Shown here: positions 63,515-64,000 of the stretch, in pieces | Numbering within the stretch: the first letter of the stretch is position 1 | How the letters are laid out: the number at the start of each line of letters is the position of its first letter | Assembly (NCBI GenBank): GCA_009859145.1 | Contig: VRVR01000003.1 | Coordinates: 195,315 to 259,314, forward strand | Source: Andalucia godoyi And28 | Lineage: Eukaryota; Protista; Jakobida | Direction of reading: 5' to 3' | Length of the DNA: 64,000 bases | Notes under the pieces: model-generated | The model's input: only the letters and a program-made list of their open reading frames with translations | Databases searched by the model: none | What the model was told of the DNA's origin: nothing | Made by a program: the position numbers and the translations under genes

Positions 63515-64000
63515 TCATGTCTCGCGAGTGAATTGTTCGGTTTTGAGGTCGACGACGAACCTGTTGAAGACAAGAAACTCGCGAACGACGTCTCTGATCT
63601 TGCGGTTAACAAGCTCGTTGATTTGCCTGGAATTCGAGAATCTCATATTCTGTCCTGCAGTCACAGAGATATCGACTCGCAAGCTTGGGCTGCTTTCGCA
63701 CCACAAGCAAATGCGATCTTCGTCAATAAATTCTCCCCAAAACTCGCCGTGAATCACCACAGTTTGAATAGAAAGCACGAAAGGAAGACCGGCAAACCTC
63801 GGTGTTGGCCAATTCGCTACAAGCTCGCCAGACAGTGTGCATTGGAAATCTGAATTCCAGTCCACAGAAAACGTAAACATCCCGGACTCGGTGAAAGCCA
63901 TGTTCGAAAACACAGGTGTTGACGACGGAAGCACCAGATTCTGCAAATGAACACCGCGAACATACTCTGAAGAAACAGCTGTCTGCAATCGGGCCTTCAG
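63515..64000 (-). CDS. MMM1: SMP-domain lipid-transfer protein, Mmm1-like (ERMES); 5' part outside the window
   Basis: Frame open to the window edge. LVANWPTPRFAGLPFVLSI resembles Mmm1 LLNYPKP..AALP; QINELVNRKIRDVVREFLV ends the SMP domain. Confidence 0.65.
   Translation of the reverse strand: MKARLQTAVSSEYVRGVHLQNLVLPSSTPVFSNMAFTESGMFTFSVDWNSDFQCTLSGELVANWPTPRFAGLPFVLSIQTVVIHGEFWGEFIDEDRICLWCESSPSLRVDISVTAGQNMRFSNSRQINELVNRKIRDVVREFLVFNRFVVDLKTEQFTRET

Overview
A gene-dense, intron-poor stretch of a eukaryotic nuclear genome, probably a free-living flagellated protist: it has IFT140, Sam50, an Mmm1-like gene and an intronless clathrin heavy chain. The species cannot be fixed from sequence alone. 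About 35 protein-coding genes are present, mostly housekeeping: SPT16 (5' truncated), MBOAT acyltransferase, Sam50, RPL23, CK1, deoxyhypusine synthase, pyruvate kinase, BPI/LBP-like, atypical Hsp70, IFT140, Bet1, TRM6, an HMG-box protein, aquaporin, NCLX/CCX exchanger, an RRM protein, ProXp-ala, a nitrilase-family hydrolase, a CUE protein, Sec22, a tandem-PHD protein, clathrin heavy chain, Clf1/crooked neck, GFA/CENP-V, a rhomboid, a CUSTOS-like gene and an Mmm1-like SMP protein (runs off the window). Three genes need a GT-AG intron that the ORF track misses. The main unexplained signal is intergenic: four related copies of a decayed, non-autonomous Fanzor/TnpB-type (OMEGA) element at about 9.7-9.9 kb, 31.1-31.5 kb, 36.8-36.9 kb and 60.2-60.6 kb. 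The best copy keeps an ATG with a 55-nt spliceosomal-type intron, an NLS-like peptide, the N-terminal TnpB/Fanzor helix motif, the RuvC-III DRDxNGA motif and a conserved downstream structure (small GCAA-containing hairpin plus an 18-bp UUCG hairpin) that fits an omega-RNA scaffold. A second, unrelated ~135-bp dispersed repeat occurs twice (47.05 kb and 59.0 kb). I found no tRNA, rRNA or CRISPR array. All family assignments are by motif recognition; no database search was run.
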